A stretch of DNA of 64,000 nucleotides from Candidatus Thermosaccharophagus yellowstonensis (lineage in GTDB: Bacteria > Armatimonadota > Fervidibacteria > Fervidibacterales > Thermosaccharophagaceae), in assembly GCA_041537945.1 (NCBI GenBank), contig JBGOEK010000003.1:11856-75855 (forward strand), given 5' to 3'. The position numbers were made by a program, and so were the translations under genes. Under the pieces are notes generated by a model. It searched no databases, had not been told where the DNA came from, and saw only the letters and a list, made by a program, of their open reading frames with translations. This document shows, one piece after another, positions 1 through 11,100 of this stretch (position 1 is its first letter; every line of letters starts with the position of its first letter).

Positions 1-201
1 CTCAACGAGCCTCTTCACAATCCGCTCGTTTGAGACAGCTGAAGCCTTCGTCAGCGTTTGCGGTTCTTCCAACGGGTCGGCAACTTCAACGCACGCCTCA
101 ACCGAAAGCAATTTCAGTCTGTCTATCAATTCCATCTTTCCATCACTGTCGGCGGTGGACTGGTTTTTTGAAACCGATTTAGTTTGCCCTAAGACAATCA
201 T
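1..201 (-). CDS. hypothetical protein, N-terminal fragment; the gene runs off the window start
   Basis: The minus-strand frame is open from the window edge to ATG at 201 (alternative ATG at 135). It reads MIVLGQTKSVSKNQSTADSDGKMELIDRLKLLSVEACVEVADPLEEPQ... It is absent from the ORF track because no stop lies inside the window. No recognisable motif. Confidence 0.3.
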   Translation of the reverse strand, partial: MIVLGQTKSVSKNQSTADSDGKMELIDRLKLLSVEACVEVADPLEEPQTLTKASAVSNERIVKRLVE

Positions 202-211
202 GGCGCAGTGC

Positions 212-2011
212 TCATGGCAATTCAAACATGAGCAATGCCTCTTTCTCCCTGCCTGCAACATCATCCCCAGCAACGAGCGTGCCGTGTATGCGTTCGTCTG
301 TCAGCTTAACGCCACCGTAATTAAGCGATGCTGAGCGAACGACGAAGTCATCAACTTGTGTTCTGTCAATGCTTTTTGGCTCTATACGCACTTTGATGAC
401 TTTCCACACCAGCATGTCCTTCGGGATGCGTAGCGATATGGCTATCGTTCTCTTATTAGGCTCTGGAGCGATCTGTGATACTTCCTTCTCGTTGACGAAA
501 ATTCTCACGGGTGCATCAAGCTCAGAGAGCTCAAGTCGCAACTCCGCATCCTCGGTTGCCTTGTATGGCGTCTTTTGGTTGTAGACAAAAACACGGTAGT
601 TGGCTTGCTCCTCCAGACCCTCACAAGTTGCCTTGAGCGAAAGTATTTTCATCCCGTCCGAAACCTGTGTGGTGTCTATCTCGCCTCCCCAAAACGATGC
701 ACAATCTTCATCCCTTAACTTTCTCAGTTCAACCCATCCGCTTGTTCCGAGCCTCGCTAAAACGGACTTTGCGTCAGCGTGCAATCTGGTGGTTTGGACG
801 AGCAACCTCTGGACTCCAGAGTAAGTCGGAACCAAAGAGAAGTCGCCGTAAGCTATGGTCACTGGCGGGTCAATCGGGATTGGAGAAAGCTTAAGGAGGG
901 CTTGAGTGTAGTATGAGTTCACATCATCCCCATCAACTCTGACTATTGAGAACCCTTGAGGATACCCGTCAGGGTTTGGACCTGTCCACCAACTTCCCGA
1001 AAGAGCGCCACCTACAAACTGCTTCCAAGCACCGAAGTTGATGCAATAGTTGCGATGCTCATGTCCAGATAGAACGGCGAGCAATCGGCAGTGCATGAAC
1101 ATGGTGAGCAACCATAAAGCTTGTGCTGTTGGCAGTTGAGTCAACGGTTCATGCGTTAAGAAGACGATCTTCGTTCCAGCCCTCAGATGGCTTGCATAAT
1201 GCCTAAGCCATTCCATCTCCGTCTGTCCAAGCCCTATGGCTAAGCTCCTGTCCTTGAGTTGATGGAAGTCAAGGGCGATGAAATGGATGCCAGCATATTC
1301 AAAACCGAAGTATGTGGGGTTGAGGAATGTTTCGAACATGCCCTTCGCATATCCTTCGGAGAATGTGTTGACATCGCCCTTGAAGTTGACTGAAACCATG
1401 TCGTGGTTTCCGATGATGTGGTAAACGGGTAATTTGATGCCGTCCCATGCGCCCTTGTAGAGTTCAAACCACTGTTTCGCCACGCTCTCTGGAACGCTGT
1501 CCCCTGAAGCCACGAGATCACCAGTTACAGCGATGAAGGACAACTTCAGCTTCGCCTCGTCAATCTGCCTTGCGATCCGCGAGAGCGTTGTGGCAATTGC
1601 TGGGCTTGGGAGATGCACATCCGTTATGTGAGCAAACAGGAATGGTAGCTTTTGTTCGTCCCTTACGAGTGGGAAGTCGATTTGGATGGTTTCGTCATCC
1701 TTCGTCCCTTTCACCCTCCTGAACCAGCTACCAACTGCCTTGTAGCCGCTTGGCTGTGTGATGTAGACGAATTTCCCTTCTCCCGAGAGATTGAGTTCAT
1801 ACATTCCTTCGGCGTCGGTGGTGCTCACTTGCCTGCCATCCGTAACAAGGACGCCTGCTATAGCGGGTTCGCCATTATCCCTTAAGCCGTTCCTGTTGAC
1901 ATCCTCATAAACGCTTCCGTGCACCTTCAATGCCTGCGCGAGCCCGAGCAGGGAAAGCGTTAAAGCAACCGACAGGCTTTTGAGGGCGATTTGACGGCTC
2001 ATTTTTTCCAT
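212..2011 (-). CDS. secreted calcineurin-like metallophosphoesterase with N-terminal SdrD-B/CarboxypepD_reg-like Ig domain
   Basis: 599-aa ORF with signal peptide LSVALTLSLLGLAQA. Ig-like segment VHGSVYEDVNRNGLRDNGEPAIAGVLVTDG...TDAEGMYEL. Metallophosphoesterase motifs HITDVH, GDLV, GNHD and GHEH. Confidence 0.8.
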   Translation of the reverse strand: MEKMSRQIALKSLSVALTLSLLGLAQALKVHGSVYEDVNRNGLRDNGEPAIAGVLVTDGRQVSTTDAEGMYELNLSGEGKFVYITQPSGYKAVGSWFRRVKGTKDDETIQIDFPLVRDEQKLPFLFAHITDVHLPSPAIATTLSRIARQIDEAKLKLSFIAVTGDLVASGDSVPESVAKQWFELYKGAWDGIKLPVYHIIGNHDMVSVNFKGDVNTFSEGYAKGMFETFLNPTYFGFEYAGIHFIALDFHQLKDRSLAIGLGQTEMEWLRHYASHLRAGTKIVFLTHEPLTQLPTAQALWLLTMFMHCRLLAVLSGHEHRNYCINFGAWKQFVGGALSGSWWTGPNPDGYPQGFSIVRVDGDDVNSYYTQALLKLSPIPIDPPVTIAYGDFSLVPTYSGVQRLLVQTTRLHADAKSVLARLGTSGWVELRKLRDEDCASFWGGEIDTTQVSDGMKILSLKATCEGLEEQANYRVFVYNQKTPYKATEDAELRLELSELDAPVRIFVNEKEVSQIAPEPNKRTIAISLRIPKDMLVWKVIKVRIEPKSIDRTQVDDFVVRSASLNYGGVKLTDERIHGTLVAGDDVAGREKEALLMFELP

Positions 2012-2121
2012 CCCCTTTCAGTGGGTGTTGCTACAATGTAATTTGGTAAGGGTTTCGCTCCGCTCTCCTTACCCATTCACTCTCCCTATGATGACATAAT
2101 TTGAGCGGGAGGGTCATAGCG

Positions 2122-2844
2122 ATGAGTGATAACGGAACGAAAAACGAGCTGGAAGAAATTTTTGAGCGATCGCCTAATGACGAAGTAGCCAAAGAAGCTG
2201 AGCAACATGCGGATGAGCCAGCGAAGGTTGCTGACAAAGAAGCTTACGATATGGGGGCTGAGGTGAGCGAGGCTGAAGTTTCTGAGGCGCAGGCAGAAGT
2301 TGAGACATTGCAAAAGCACATTGAGGAGCTAAAGCGCGAGAACGAGGAGTTACGCGATAAGTGGTTGCGTGCAGTCGCCGAATACCAAAACCTGCGTCGC
2401 AGGGTGATGTCCGAGAGGGCTTTCGCCTTCCGGGAGGGTAAGAGGCAAACGCTCGTTGAGCTTCTATCGGTGCTTGATGACCTTGAGCGCTCAATCGAAG
2501 CTATGAGGGAGGGCGAGGCTTTAAACTTGGATGCAATCAGGGAAGGAATAGAGCTTGTGCATAGGCAGTTTGTGAGCGCTCTTCAAAAGTTGGGCGTGAA
2601 AGCGATACCGAGCTTGAATGAGCGTTTTGATCCGAACCTCCACGAAGCTGTTGAGAGGGTTGAGACGGAGGAGGTTGAGGATGGGACAATCATTGAGGAG
2701 GTTCAGCGTGGCTATGTGATGGACGACATTGTGTTGCGCCCAGCGAGGGTTAAGGTAGCGGTTTCGCCAATACGCGTTGAGCACGGGACGGATGAACAAC
2801 GGCACGAAGGTGAGAATGAAAACTTTGAGGGGGCGGTTGAATAA
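2122..2844 (+). CDS. grpE: nucleotide exchange factor GrpE
   Basis: Acidic N-terminus, coiled coil ELRDKWLRAVAEYQNLRRR, C-terminal GYVMDDIVLRPARVKV. ATG 2122 is preferred over the TTG at 2101 in the same frame. Confidence 0.92.
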   Translation: MSDNGTKNELEEIFERSPNDEVAKEAEQHADEPAKVADKEAYDMGAEVSEAEVSEAQAEVETLQKHIEELKRENEELRDKWLRAVAEYQNLRRRVMSERAFAFREGKRQTLVELLSVLDDLERSIEAMREGEALNLDAIREGIELVHRQFVSALQKLGVKAIPSLNERFDPNLHEAVERVETEEVEDGTIIEEVQRGYVMDDIVLRPARVKVAVSPIRVEHGTDEQRHEGENENFEGAVE

Positions 2845-2878
2845 GAGCTTGCAAGACATTTACGGGGGTTGAGCGAAG

Positions 2879-4030
2879 ATGCCATCTTCGGATTACAAGG
2901 ACTACTATGCGATACTTGGCGTTCCACGCAATGCTACTCAAGATGAAATAAAGCGTGCTTTCAAGCGTTTGGCGAAGGAGTGGCATCCCGACCTCAACCC
3001 GCACAGGCGTAAGGAGGCGGAAGAACGCTTCAAAGAGATAGCTGAAGCATACCAAGTGTTGAGCGACCCAGAGAAGCGCCGAATATACGACCTGTATGGG
3101 CGTGTGGATGTGCAAACGAGCGTTCCGTCTTGGAGTGACTTTGGTGCATACGACCCATTTAGCGAGCTGTTTGATATCTTTGATGCCTTCTTCGGTGTCG
3201 GCACGAGGAGGACAAGGTATGAACGCAGGACAGAAAGAGGCGAGGATGTCTCAATCGAGCTTGCGGTGACACTTGAGGAAGCGTATCATGGCACCGTGAA
3301 GGAGATAGAAGTGCCTTTGCTTGTGACATGCGCTTATTGTGGTGGCACAGGCGCAACGAGGGGAAGCATGCGCACATGTAGGGAATGCGGTGGGAGCGGT
3401 AGGGTCACATATTCGCAAACGAGCTTCGGTGGCTTCGTGAGGTCAATAACGACTATACCATGTCCAACATGTGGTGGCACTGGTAGAATTGTTGAAGACA
3501 TTTGCAAGCACTGTGGCGGTGCCGGTAGGAGGGAGGAGGTCCAAAAAATCACCGTTGAGATACCGCCGGGGGTTGATGAAGGGAGCGAACTGCGTCTGCC
3601 GGGGAGAGGCAATGCAGGGAAGTATGGAGGCTCTCATGGTGATTTATACATTCGCATACGCCTGTTGCCACACGAGCGCTTCACGAGGAAGGGCAAAGAC
3701 CTCTACACGGATGTGAAAATCACATTCCCTCAAGCTGCCTTGGGCGATGTCATTAACATCCAAACGCTTGATGGCGATGTTGAGCTGATCATACCGCCCG
3801 GGACACAACCTGGGGAAGTGTTCCGCATTCCACAGAAAGGTATGCCGAGTTTGAGTGGGAAAGGTAAAGGCGACCTTTATGTGAGTGTCAAAGTTGAAGT
3901 CCCGAAGCATCTGACGCAACAGCAACGCAAGTTGCTCCTTGAGTTGGCTTCAAGTATGAATGTTCACCCGAAGGGCGCAGATAAGTCGTTCTTCGAGAAG
4001 CTCAAAGGTGTTTTCGGACAGCGCAAGTGA
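2879..4030 (+). CDS. dnaJ: molecular chaperone DnaJ
   Basis: J domain DYYAILGV...WHPD. Four CxxCxGxG zinc-finger repeats ([32 protein letters not shown]). 383 aa. Confidence 0.95.
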   Translation: MPSSDYKDYYAILGVPRNATQDEIKRAFKRLAKEWHPDLNPHRRKEAEERFKEIAEAYQVLSDPEKRRIYDLYGRVDVQTSVPSWSDFGAYDPFSELFDIFDAFFGVGTRRTRYERRTERGEDVSIELAVTLEEAYHGTVKEIEVPLLVTCAYCGGTGATRGSMRTCRECGGSGRVTYSQTSFGGFVRSITTIPCPTCGGTGRIVEDICKHCGGAGRREEVQKITVEIPPGVDEGSELRLPGRGNAGKYGGSHGDLYIRIRLLPHERFTRKGKDLYTDVKITFPQAALGDVINIQTLDGDVELIIPPGTQPGEVFRIPQKGMPSLSGKGKGDLYVSVKVEVPKHLTQQQRKLLLELASSMNVHPKGADKSFFEKLKGVFGQRK

Positions 4031-4110
4031 AATGCTGTAGGCACAAAGCGAGTGAGCGCAACCCTCAGATGGGTTGTCATGCCAGCCACTTTCGGAGGGG
4101 GTGAATACCT

Positions 4111-6594
4111 TTGTCGGCGTCAATAGCTCGTGAGGTTATCCCAGTAAGCATAGTTGATGAGATGCGCACATCCTACATTCGCTATGCTATGAGCGTTATA
4201 GTCAGTCGAGCCCTGCCCGATGTTAGGGACGGCTTGAAGCCGGTTCAGAGGCGCATACTTTATGCGATGTATGAACAGCGCATGTTCCCAGACAGACCGA
4301 GGGAGAAATGCGCAGCCGTTGTCGGGGAGGTGATGAAGAAATATCACCCGCATGGTGATGCTCCAATCTACGATGCGCTTGTTCGCATGGCACAGGATTT
4401 CAACACGCGCTACCCGCTGATCGATGGGCATGGCAACTTCGGGAGCATAGACGGTGACCCGCCAGCTGCGATGAGATACACCGAATGTAGGCTCTCACCC
4501 ATAGCGATGGCGATGCTCGAGGACATAGACAAGGACACTGTTGACCTACGACCAAACTACGATGAGAAATATCTTGAGCCAGTGGTGCTACCGTCAAAGA
4601 TACCGAACTTGCTCATCAACGGTGCGACAGGGATAGCAGTTGCGATGGCTACGAACATCCCGCCTCACAACCTCGGAGAAGTTATTGATGCGCTCATTTT
4701 GCTCATAGACAACCCAGATGCATCGCTTGAGGAGATAATGAATGTTCTTCCAGGTCCAGACTTCCCCACTGGTGGTATAGTGCTTGGTGCGAAGGGCTTG
4801 AAGGAAGCCTATGCCACTGGAAAAGGGATGATCACGATCCAGGGACGAGCGTCAATTGAGGCACTTGAAGGTGGAAGAACGGGCATAGTCATAACAGAGC
4901 TACCGTATCAGGTGAGCAAAGAGGCGTTGATCGTCCAAATAGCTAACCTCGTCAGGGACAAAAAGCTCGAGGGCGTAGTGAATGTGAACGACGAAACTGA
5001 CAAGACTGGCATGCGGATAGTCATTGAGTTGCGCAGGGATGCCAATGCCAAGGTCATACTAAACAAGCTCTACAAACACACGAGCTTAAGGACGAGCTAC
5101 GGGATAATAATGCTTGCCCTCGTTGACAACCAACCGAAGATACTCACATTGAAGGAGATGCTCCTTCACTTCCTTGAGCACAGGAAGCAAGTTGTCAGGA
5201 GGCGCACGGAGTTCGAACTCAGGAGGGCGGAGGCAAGGGCTCACATAGTTGAAGGTTTGAGGGTGGTGGCGCAAAACATTGATGAGGCTATAAGGTTGAT
5301 CCGGAAGTCCGAAGATAGGGATGATGCGCGCCAAAGGCTGATGAGGCAGTTCAAGCTGAGCGAACAGCAGGCGAATGCAGTCCTTGATATGCCACTCGGG
5401 CGCTTGACGAGGCTTGATCAGCAGGCGTTGAAGGATGAGTATCGTGAACTGATCAAGCAGATTGAATACTTGCGTGGCTTGCTTCGTCACCCGAGACAGT
5501 TGATGGAGGTCATAAAGGAAGAGCTCAAGAGCGTGAAGAACACATTCAAAGACCCGAGGAGGACCATGCTTATCCCAGAGGAACCGAGCGAGGCTTCGAT
5601 TGAAGACCTGATTGAACTTCAAGACCTCGTCATCACGATAACGAGGGATGGATACATAAAGCGTGTGCCCCTAAGCACATACAAGGTCCAAAAGCGTGGC
5701 GGTAAAGGGGTGCTGGCACTGACTAAGAAAGAGGAAGACACTGTCTCCCACATATTCGTTGCGACAACTCATCACACAATCCTCTTCTTCACGAACAAGG
5801 GCAAATGCTACCAGTTGAAGGCGCATGAAGTCCCAGTGGCTTCAAGACAGGCTCGCGGGACGCCTATAGTCAACTTGATACAGCTTGACGATGACGAGAG
5901 GGTAGTGGCGACAGTCCCTATAGCGAAGTTTGAGGTAGGTGGCTACCTGTTCATGTGCACGAAGATGGGCTTGGTCAAGAAAACACCACTTGAGCAATTC
6001 CAGACGAGGTTATCAAGGGGTGTTCAAGCTATAAAGCTTGATGAGGGCGACGAACTCTGTTGGGTGCGCTGGACTGACGGTTCTCGTGAGATCATACTTG
6101 CAACTGCAGGTGGCATGATCATTCGCTTCTCCGAAGAGGAAGTGCGCCCGATGGGAAGACAGGCTGGAGGTGTAAGAGGCATTAAACTGCGCCCAAACGA
6201 TTTCGTTGTGGCGATGGACATAGTTGATGAGGATGCAAACGATATGCTCCTTGTCACCGAGAAAGGTTTCGGGAAGCGAACGAAGCTACAGCAGGTTAAA
6301 AGGATTGGCAGGGGCGGTAAAGGTGTGATCGGCATAAAGGTGAGCGAGAGGAATGGCAGGCTCGTGTCGCTCCACATAGTGCGAGATGATGACGAAGTGC
6401 TCCTCATAACATCGAAAGGGGTGTTGATAAGGCAACGGGTGAAATCAATACCGATCAGCGGTAGAGCTGCTCAGGGCATAAGACTAATGCGTTTGGACGC
6501 CGACGATAGGGTTGCAACTACGGCTCTCGTCGTTAGCAGTAACAATTCACACACTCATGAGGGCGATAGCGATGGCGGGGAAGAAAAAGTTTGA
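4111..6594 (+). CDS. gyrA: DNA gyrase subunit A
   Basis: 827 aa. [14 protein letters not shown], catalytic-tyrosine motif AAMRYTE, GyrA-box-like QKRGGKG ahead of the C-terminal beta-pinwheel repeats. TTG start preceded by GGAGGGGG. Confidence 0.96.
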   Translation: MSASIAREVIPVSIVDEMRTSYIRYAMSVIVSRALPDVRDGLKPVQRRILYAMYEQRMFPDRPREKCAAVVGEVMKKYHPHGDAPIYDALVRMAQDFNTRYPLIDGHGNFGSIDGDPPAAMRYTECRLSPIAMAMLEDIDKDTVDLRPNYDEKYLEPVVLPSKIPNLLINGATGIAVAMATNIPPHNLGEVIDALILLIDNPDASLEEIMNVLPGPDFPTGGIVLGAKGLKEAYATGKGMITIQGRASIEALEGGRTGIVITELPYQVSKEALIVQIANLVRDKKLEGVVNVNDETDKTGMRIVIELRRDANAKVILNKLYKHTSLRTSYGIIMLALVDNQPKILTLKEMLLHFLEHRKQVVRRRTEFELRRAEARAHIVEGLRVVAQNIDEAIRLIRKSEDRDDARQRLMRQFKLSEQQANAVLDMPLGRLTRLDQQALKDEYRELIKQIEYLRGLLRHPRQLMEVIKEELKSVKNTFKDPRRTMLIPEEPSEASIEDLIELQDLVITITRDGYIKRVPLSTYKVQKRGGKGVLALTKKEEDTVSHIFVATTHHTILFFTNKGKCYQLKAHEVPVASRQARGTPIVNLIQLDDDERVVATVPIAKFEVGGYLFMCTKMGLVKKTPLEQFQTRLSRGVQAIKLDEGDELCWVRWTDGSREIILATAGGMIIRFSEEEVRPMGRQAGGVRGIKLRPNDFVVAMDIVDEDANDMLLVTEKGFGKRTKLQQVKRIGRGGKGVIGIKVSERNGRLVSLHIVRDDDEVLLITSKGVLIRQRVKSIPISGRAAQGIRLMRLDADDRVATTALVVSSNNSHTHEGDSDGGEEKV

Positions 6595-7024
6595 GTTGCT
6601 TGAGCATACCGCTGATAGTGGCATAGTTGCGTATGGTGATTCGTTAAAGGAGTTGCTCGAGAACGCAGCGCTCGGCATGTTCAGCATCTTAGCCGATGTT
6701 GAAAAGGTCAAGCCGAAGCTATCAGTGGCGGTTGAAGTTAATGCGAGTGACTATGAAACGCTACTTGTAGCTTTACTGCGCGAGCTCCTGTTTAAGCACG
6801 ATGCGCAAGGGATTGTGTTCGGCAACTTGGAAGTTGAGGCGTTAGGTGAGTCCACCGATGAACATGGTTTGAAGAATGTGTGGCTGAAGGCGAAGGCGTT
6901 TGGTGAACCGATTCACGAGACGGAAGCCGAGTTACATGGCTACATAAAAGCCGTCACATATCATGGACTCCAAGTCGAGAAGAGGGAAGAGGGTTGGAGA
7001 GCACAGGTCGTTTTTGATGTTTAA
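6572..7024 (+). CDS. archease
   Basis: [31 protein letters not shown] and C-terminal [11 protein letters not shown] match the archease fold signature. ATG 6572 overlaps the gyrA end by 23 nt. The upstream part of the ORF lies inside gyrA and was trimmed. Confidence 0.78.
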   Translation: MAGKKKFELLEHTADSGIVAYGDSLKELLENAALGMFSILADVEKVKPKLSVAVEVNASDYETLLVALLRELLFKHDAQGIVFGNLEVEALGESTDEHGLKNVWLKAKAFGEPIHETEAELHGYIKAVTYHGLQVEKREEGWRAQVVFDV

Positions 7025-7040
7025 TGGAGGGGTGCGTCTT

Positions 7041-8111
7041 GTGAGGTCATATGGGCTAAGAGTGGTTTTGATAATCGTTTTCGCTGTGGCTGTGCTATCG
7101 GCATTCGGGTGCAAGGAGAAAAAGCAAAAGGCGACGGCTTTGATCATCGGCACGGGGCAAATATGTGGCACTGTGGTTGATGAGGACGGAACTCCCATCG
7201 CTGGAGCTTTGGTTTATGTTGAAGGGCTATGGCGTGCTTCATTGACGAACGAGAAGGGATATTATGAGCTTACGAAATTGCCGAGCGGAACTTACACGGT
7301 GGTAGCATCGTCGCAAGGTTATCGGAAAGCCGTGCGCACGAATGTCTCAGTTAGCGATGGCAAAGTCACAAGAGGCGTTGACTTAACGCTTGTGCGAGAC
7401 CCAAAGTATGAGCCAGATACGATACGCTTCGTTGAGGTATCGCCACCAGAAGGCTCAAGGATTGAGTATGGCAAGCCGATCTTCATAAGAGGGAGCATTG
7501 AGTATGCGCTACGAAACTCAAGGTGGGGCACAATCTATATCTTCCTCGTTGACGAGGCTGGTAAAAGGTTGGTGGAGGGGACTATCAGCAGGATATCGGC
7601 GATGGCTGGCGAGCATGTTGTTCCGTTTGGGAGGCAGGTTGTCATACCACAGGGTGTGGGTGAAAGAATATGGCTCGTCGCTGCCTTGTTCGCTGGGCAT
7701 GAGACTTCCGCATCCGCTGCCGACACCGTCATTTACTCGGTAGGTGTCATCAGGGACGAGGTCACATTCGTTGACGCAGAACCACAATTTGGCGCTGAGC
7801 TGATCGCTGGCGAGAGGACGAAAGTGAAGTTAAAGTTGCGTTGCTCAATTGAGTCGGTTGATAGCGCCCTGCTCAAGGTCGAATTGATAGGGAGCACTCG
7901 CCTCGGAAGATACACTCTCCCGCTCGCTGAAAAGGAGATAGCTTTAACTGGTGGGAAACAGCAGGCGCAAGAAATTGAGGTTGAGCTTGAGTGTGTTCCG
8001 ACTGCTGAGATGTCGGCGATAAAGGCGCGTGCTTTGCTCATGACGAAAGAGGGGAAAAAGACAATAGCAGCATCTTGGTCGCCAAGGTTTCTCGTGGTGA
8101 CGGGGAAGTAG
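7041..8111 (+). CDS. lipoprotein with CarboxypepD_reg-like Ig domain
   Basis: Lipobox LSAFGC. Segment GQICGTVVDEDGTPIAGALVYVEG...TNEKGYYELTKLPSGTYTVVASSQGY. Start is ambiguous: GTG 7041 has a GGAGGGG SD, and ATG 7017 is the alternative. Confidence 0.65.
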   Translation: MRSYGLRVVLIIVFAVAVLSAFGCKEKKQKATALIIGTGQICGTVVDEDGTPIAGALVYVEGLWRASLTNEKGYYELTKLPSGTYTVVASSQGYRKAVRTNVSVSDGKVTRGVDLTLVRDPKYEPDTIRFVEVSPPEGSRIEYGKPIFIRGSIEYALRNSRWGTIYIFLVDEAGKRLVEGTISRISAMAGEHVVPFGRQVVIPQGVGERIWLVAALFAGHETSASAADTVIYSVGVIRDEVTFVDAEPQFGAELIAGERTKVKLKLRCSIESVDSALLKVELIGSTRLGRYTLPLAEKEIALTGGKQQAQEIEVELECVPTAEMSAIKARALLMTKEGKKTIAASWSPRFLVVTGK

Positions 8112-8175
8112 GCGTTGGTAGCAATGTGGTTGTGTTTGTGGAACAAATCTGCCGTCTCAATGGCGGTGCATTAGC

Positions 8176-11100
8176 GTGATGGACGACTTCACGAGGAGGT
8201 TTCGGTGGTCTGTTGCACTCCTTTTCGTTGCATTGCTTTTGTGGGCAAATGGTGTGCTGTGTTTGGGCGATGAGCGTCGGGATGATGAGGCTCAGGTTGA
8301 AAGCGCACCGATGGATGATGGAGCAGTGAAGCTCAGCAGAATGAAAACAATCGAAAGCCAACCAAGTAGGATAATCAAATCGCAACCGTTGCCAACGATA
8401 AAAGATGGGCAACTGACAAGCACTCGTGTTGTGGTTCCACCGAACCATTGGGAGGCTGACGGAACAGGCGAACAAAAGAACAAGCAAACGAAGACCACAC
8501 TCGGTGTCTTACAGAGGTTGCAAATTCGTGGCACTGCTCTCCTCTCATACAACATTCAAGATGTTGAAGCGAAGAGCAGTTCTGGGAGGGCTGCGTTCGT
8601 TCAAGAGAACTATGGCTCGGCGAAGTCGCTTTACCATTACACCTCTGTCATCGCCGAGGGACAGCTCATCGGGAAGTTGCGTGTCAGGGCGCAGTTCAAT
8701 ACGCCATCGTATAATCCGAGGTCAAACACATTCGTTCTCGAATACCCGATGGGAAACTTCCTTTTGCGCTACGGTGATTTGACACTTTCTTTCTCGGGCA
8801 ACCGCTTCGCATCTCTTAGCCGATGGACGAGGGGCATCGAACTCCGCTACTCGCTCGATGGCAATGCCGAAAAGGTTTATGGCATCGGGCAAGGCTCAAC
8901 CTCTGGCAACGAACTCATCATAGTCACTGCGGAGGGCAAATCGCAGGTCAAACGAGATGTCATACAGGGCAACAACACCTCTGGACCGTTCTTCTTAAGT
9001 AGCAGTCCAGTAGTTGAGGGTAGCGAACAAGTGTTCGTTGATATGCGCCTCATGAAGCGCGGTGAGGATTACCAGATTGATTACGATGTCGGGACTATCA
9101 CATTCCTCGGCGCAACCATCATCCCATCAACTTCAACGATCGTGGTCACATACGAAGCGGCGCAGCCGGGAGAGGGCATCGGGCGGTTTTGGGGTGCAAG
9201 GCTGAATTGGCGCAGTGGCAATAGCATGCGCATCGGCGTCTCGTTCTTAACGCAAGGTGCTGCACAAAGACAGGCTGGAGATGCATCACGCAAGCTGAGA
9301 GAAGAGTTCGTTGGCGCAAATACTGTCGGACCGTTCCAGCTGAGCCAACGCCCAATAGTTGAAGGAAGCGAGACAGTGTCGGTCAATGGCATACCGCATG
9401 TGAGGGATAAAGATTACATCATCAACTACATCAGTGGCTTGATAACATTTGTGAGACCAGTTCCAGCAGGTGCTATCATCGCTGTTGAATACGAACAGCG
9501 TGTATCGCATGGCGCTGTCATCGGACAGCTCAGCGTCATGGGAATTGATGCTGACATAAAACTCGGAAGCATCGGGAGCGCTAATCTGCAATGGGCATTC
9601 AGCAACGGACCGACGAGGAGTGGCACAGCAATCGAAATATCATCACAGCTCTCGTTTGGGAGGCTTGAGCAGGGCAAGACGAGAGGAAAAAGGGAGGAGG
9701 CTAAACAAAGGGGTAACGAGGTGTCGGATGTAGCTGGCACACCAACGCAATCTCCAGAAGATGAGGGCTTGAAAGAAATCACCACAAGGGTGGATCAAGG
9801 CGAGCGATGGGGAGCAAGTGCACAGCAAGGTGAGGCATTGAGGTTACCCACACCACGAACGCCGTCGGCTTCCCTTAGAAGGTCGTTAGGTGAGCCTTCA
9901 TGGTCTGGCATTGGTTATGGTGGGGGAAGCACTTACACATTGAGTGGTGTGGCAAGGACTCAACTTTCGTTGCGCTTGCTTAAAGTCACACCCGGCTTTT
10001 CAAGGATTGAGAACGCCGACTTCTACCAGAACGAATCCGGGGTTGAAGTGAACCTTACGCACCGCTTCACTGAGCACTTGTCCTTGACATCGCAATGGGT
10101 GAACGCAAGTAGCTCGTATCTTAGGGGCGCTTACAGCAACGCGCAGTCATCTACAAGTAGCAATCGGTTTTACGCCACACTTTCGTATGAGAAGCCGAAT
10201 GTGCCTGTGATACGCCTTGCATATCAGCGCTTCGGTTTCGGTGGGAGCAGTAAGAGCGACTATGCCAGCGCTTCCGCACTCATATCATACCGAAGGGGAC
10301 GCTGGGGGGTTGATACAGCATACGAAGACAACTCGCAATCTGTTGCTGGGTTGCTCAACACAGCCCGTGTGCGGACAAGGGCTTTCAGGTTTACGAGCTC
10401 CTTTGAGCCGTCCGAGAAGCTCTCTTTGAGCGTTGATTACTCATCAAACAGATCGTCAGGCGTGAGCCAGTCAAGCAGTGTCTCTAACTTGTTGTTTGGG
10501 GTGCGTTTTCAACCGTGGCGCTCAATGCAACTTTCCCTAACGCATAACATACTCGTAGGTTCAAGTGGCACAGGTCTCGGCTCGTTCATAACTGGTGGCG
10601 CATCAGGCACATACAGCGGTTTGCCATACATCACCAACCCATACGGGTTTGGGTATGGTGGCTACACAACCCCGATTAGCCTCGGCGGTTATGGGACGCT
10701 CACGGCATCACAGCGCCCAGTGGCTGGGCTTGGCGGGACAGCACCAATTGGCTACAGCTCACCTTCAATGAATTCGTCATGGGGCAATGAGGTGTGGCGC
10801 TCCCGACAAGTTGGATCTAACATGACAGGCGCAACAAGCAACACCAACACAAACACAAACAACAGGTCTATCATAACCACTGCATCACTTGATTGGCAAC
10901 CGAGTAGCCGATTGAGCCTCGCATGCCAATGGTCGTATCAATTCACCCGTGGCTCAAGTTTCATAGCTGACTACAAGAACACGGACTACGGTGCTCAACT
11001 CACATATCAACTCAGTTCCAAGGTGACGCTCATGGGGCACCTGTCGCGCCAGAAGAACTCGTTCTTCAACCCAAACAGCGATGCGTTTACGAGCATCTAT

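Noticed and set aside
2012-2121. Searched the grpE upstream region for a CIRCE (TTAGCACTC-N9-GAGTGCTAA) or HAIR heat-shock operator. Also noted that grpE is followed by dnaJ with no dnaK or hrcA.
   Set aside because: No inverted repeat resembling either operator is present. Having dnaK elsewhere is a common arrangement and does not merit a finding.
10835-10870. AAC/ACA-rich tract encoding SNTNTNTNN in the OMP as a possible slipped-strand phase-variation repeat
   Set aside because: The tract is an imperfect, short mixture of AAC, ACC and ACA codons with no uninterrupted unit repeat. It is more likely an ordinary low-complexity loop.
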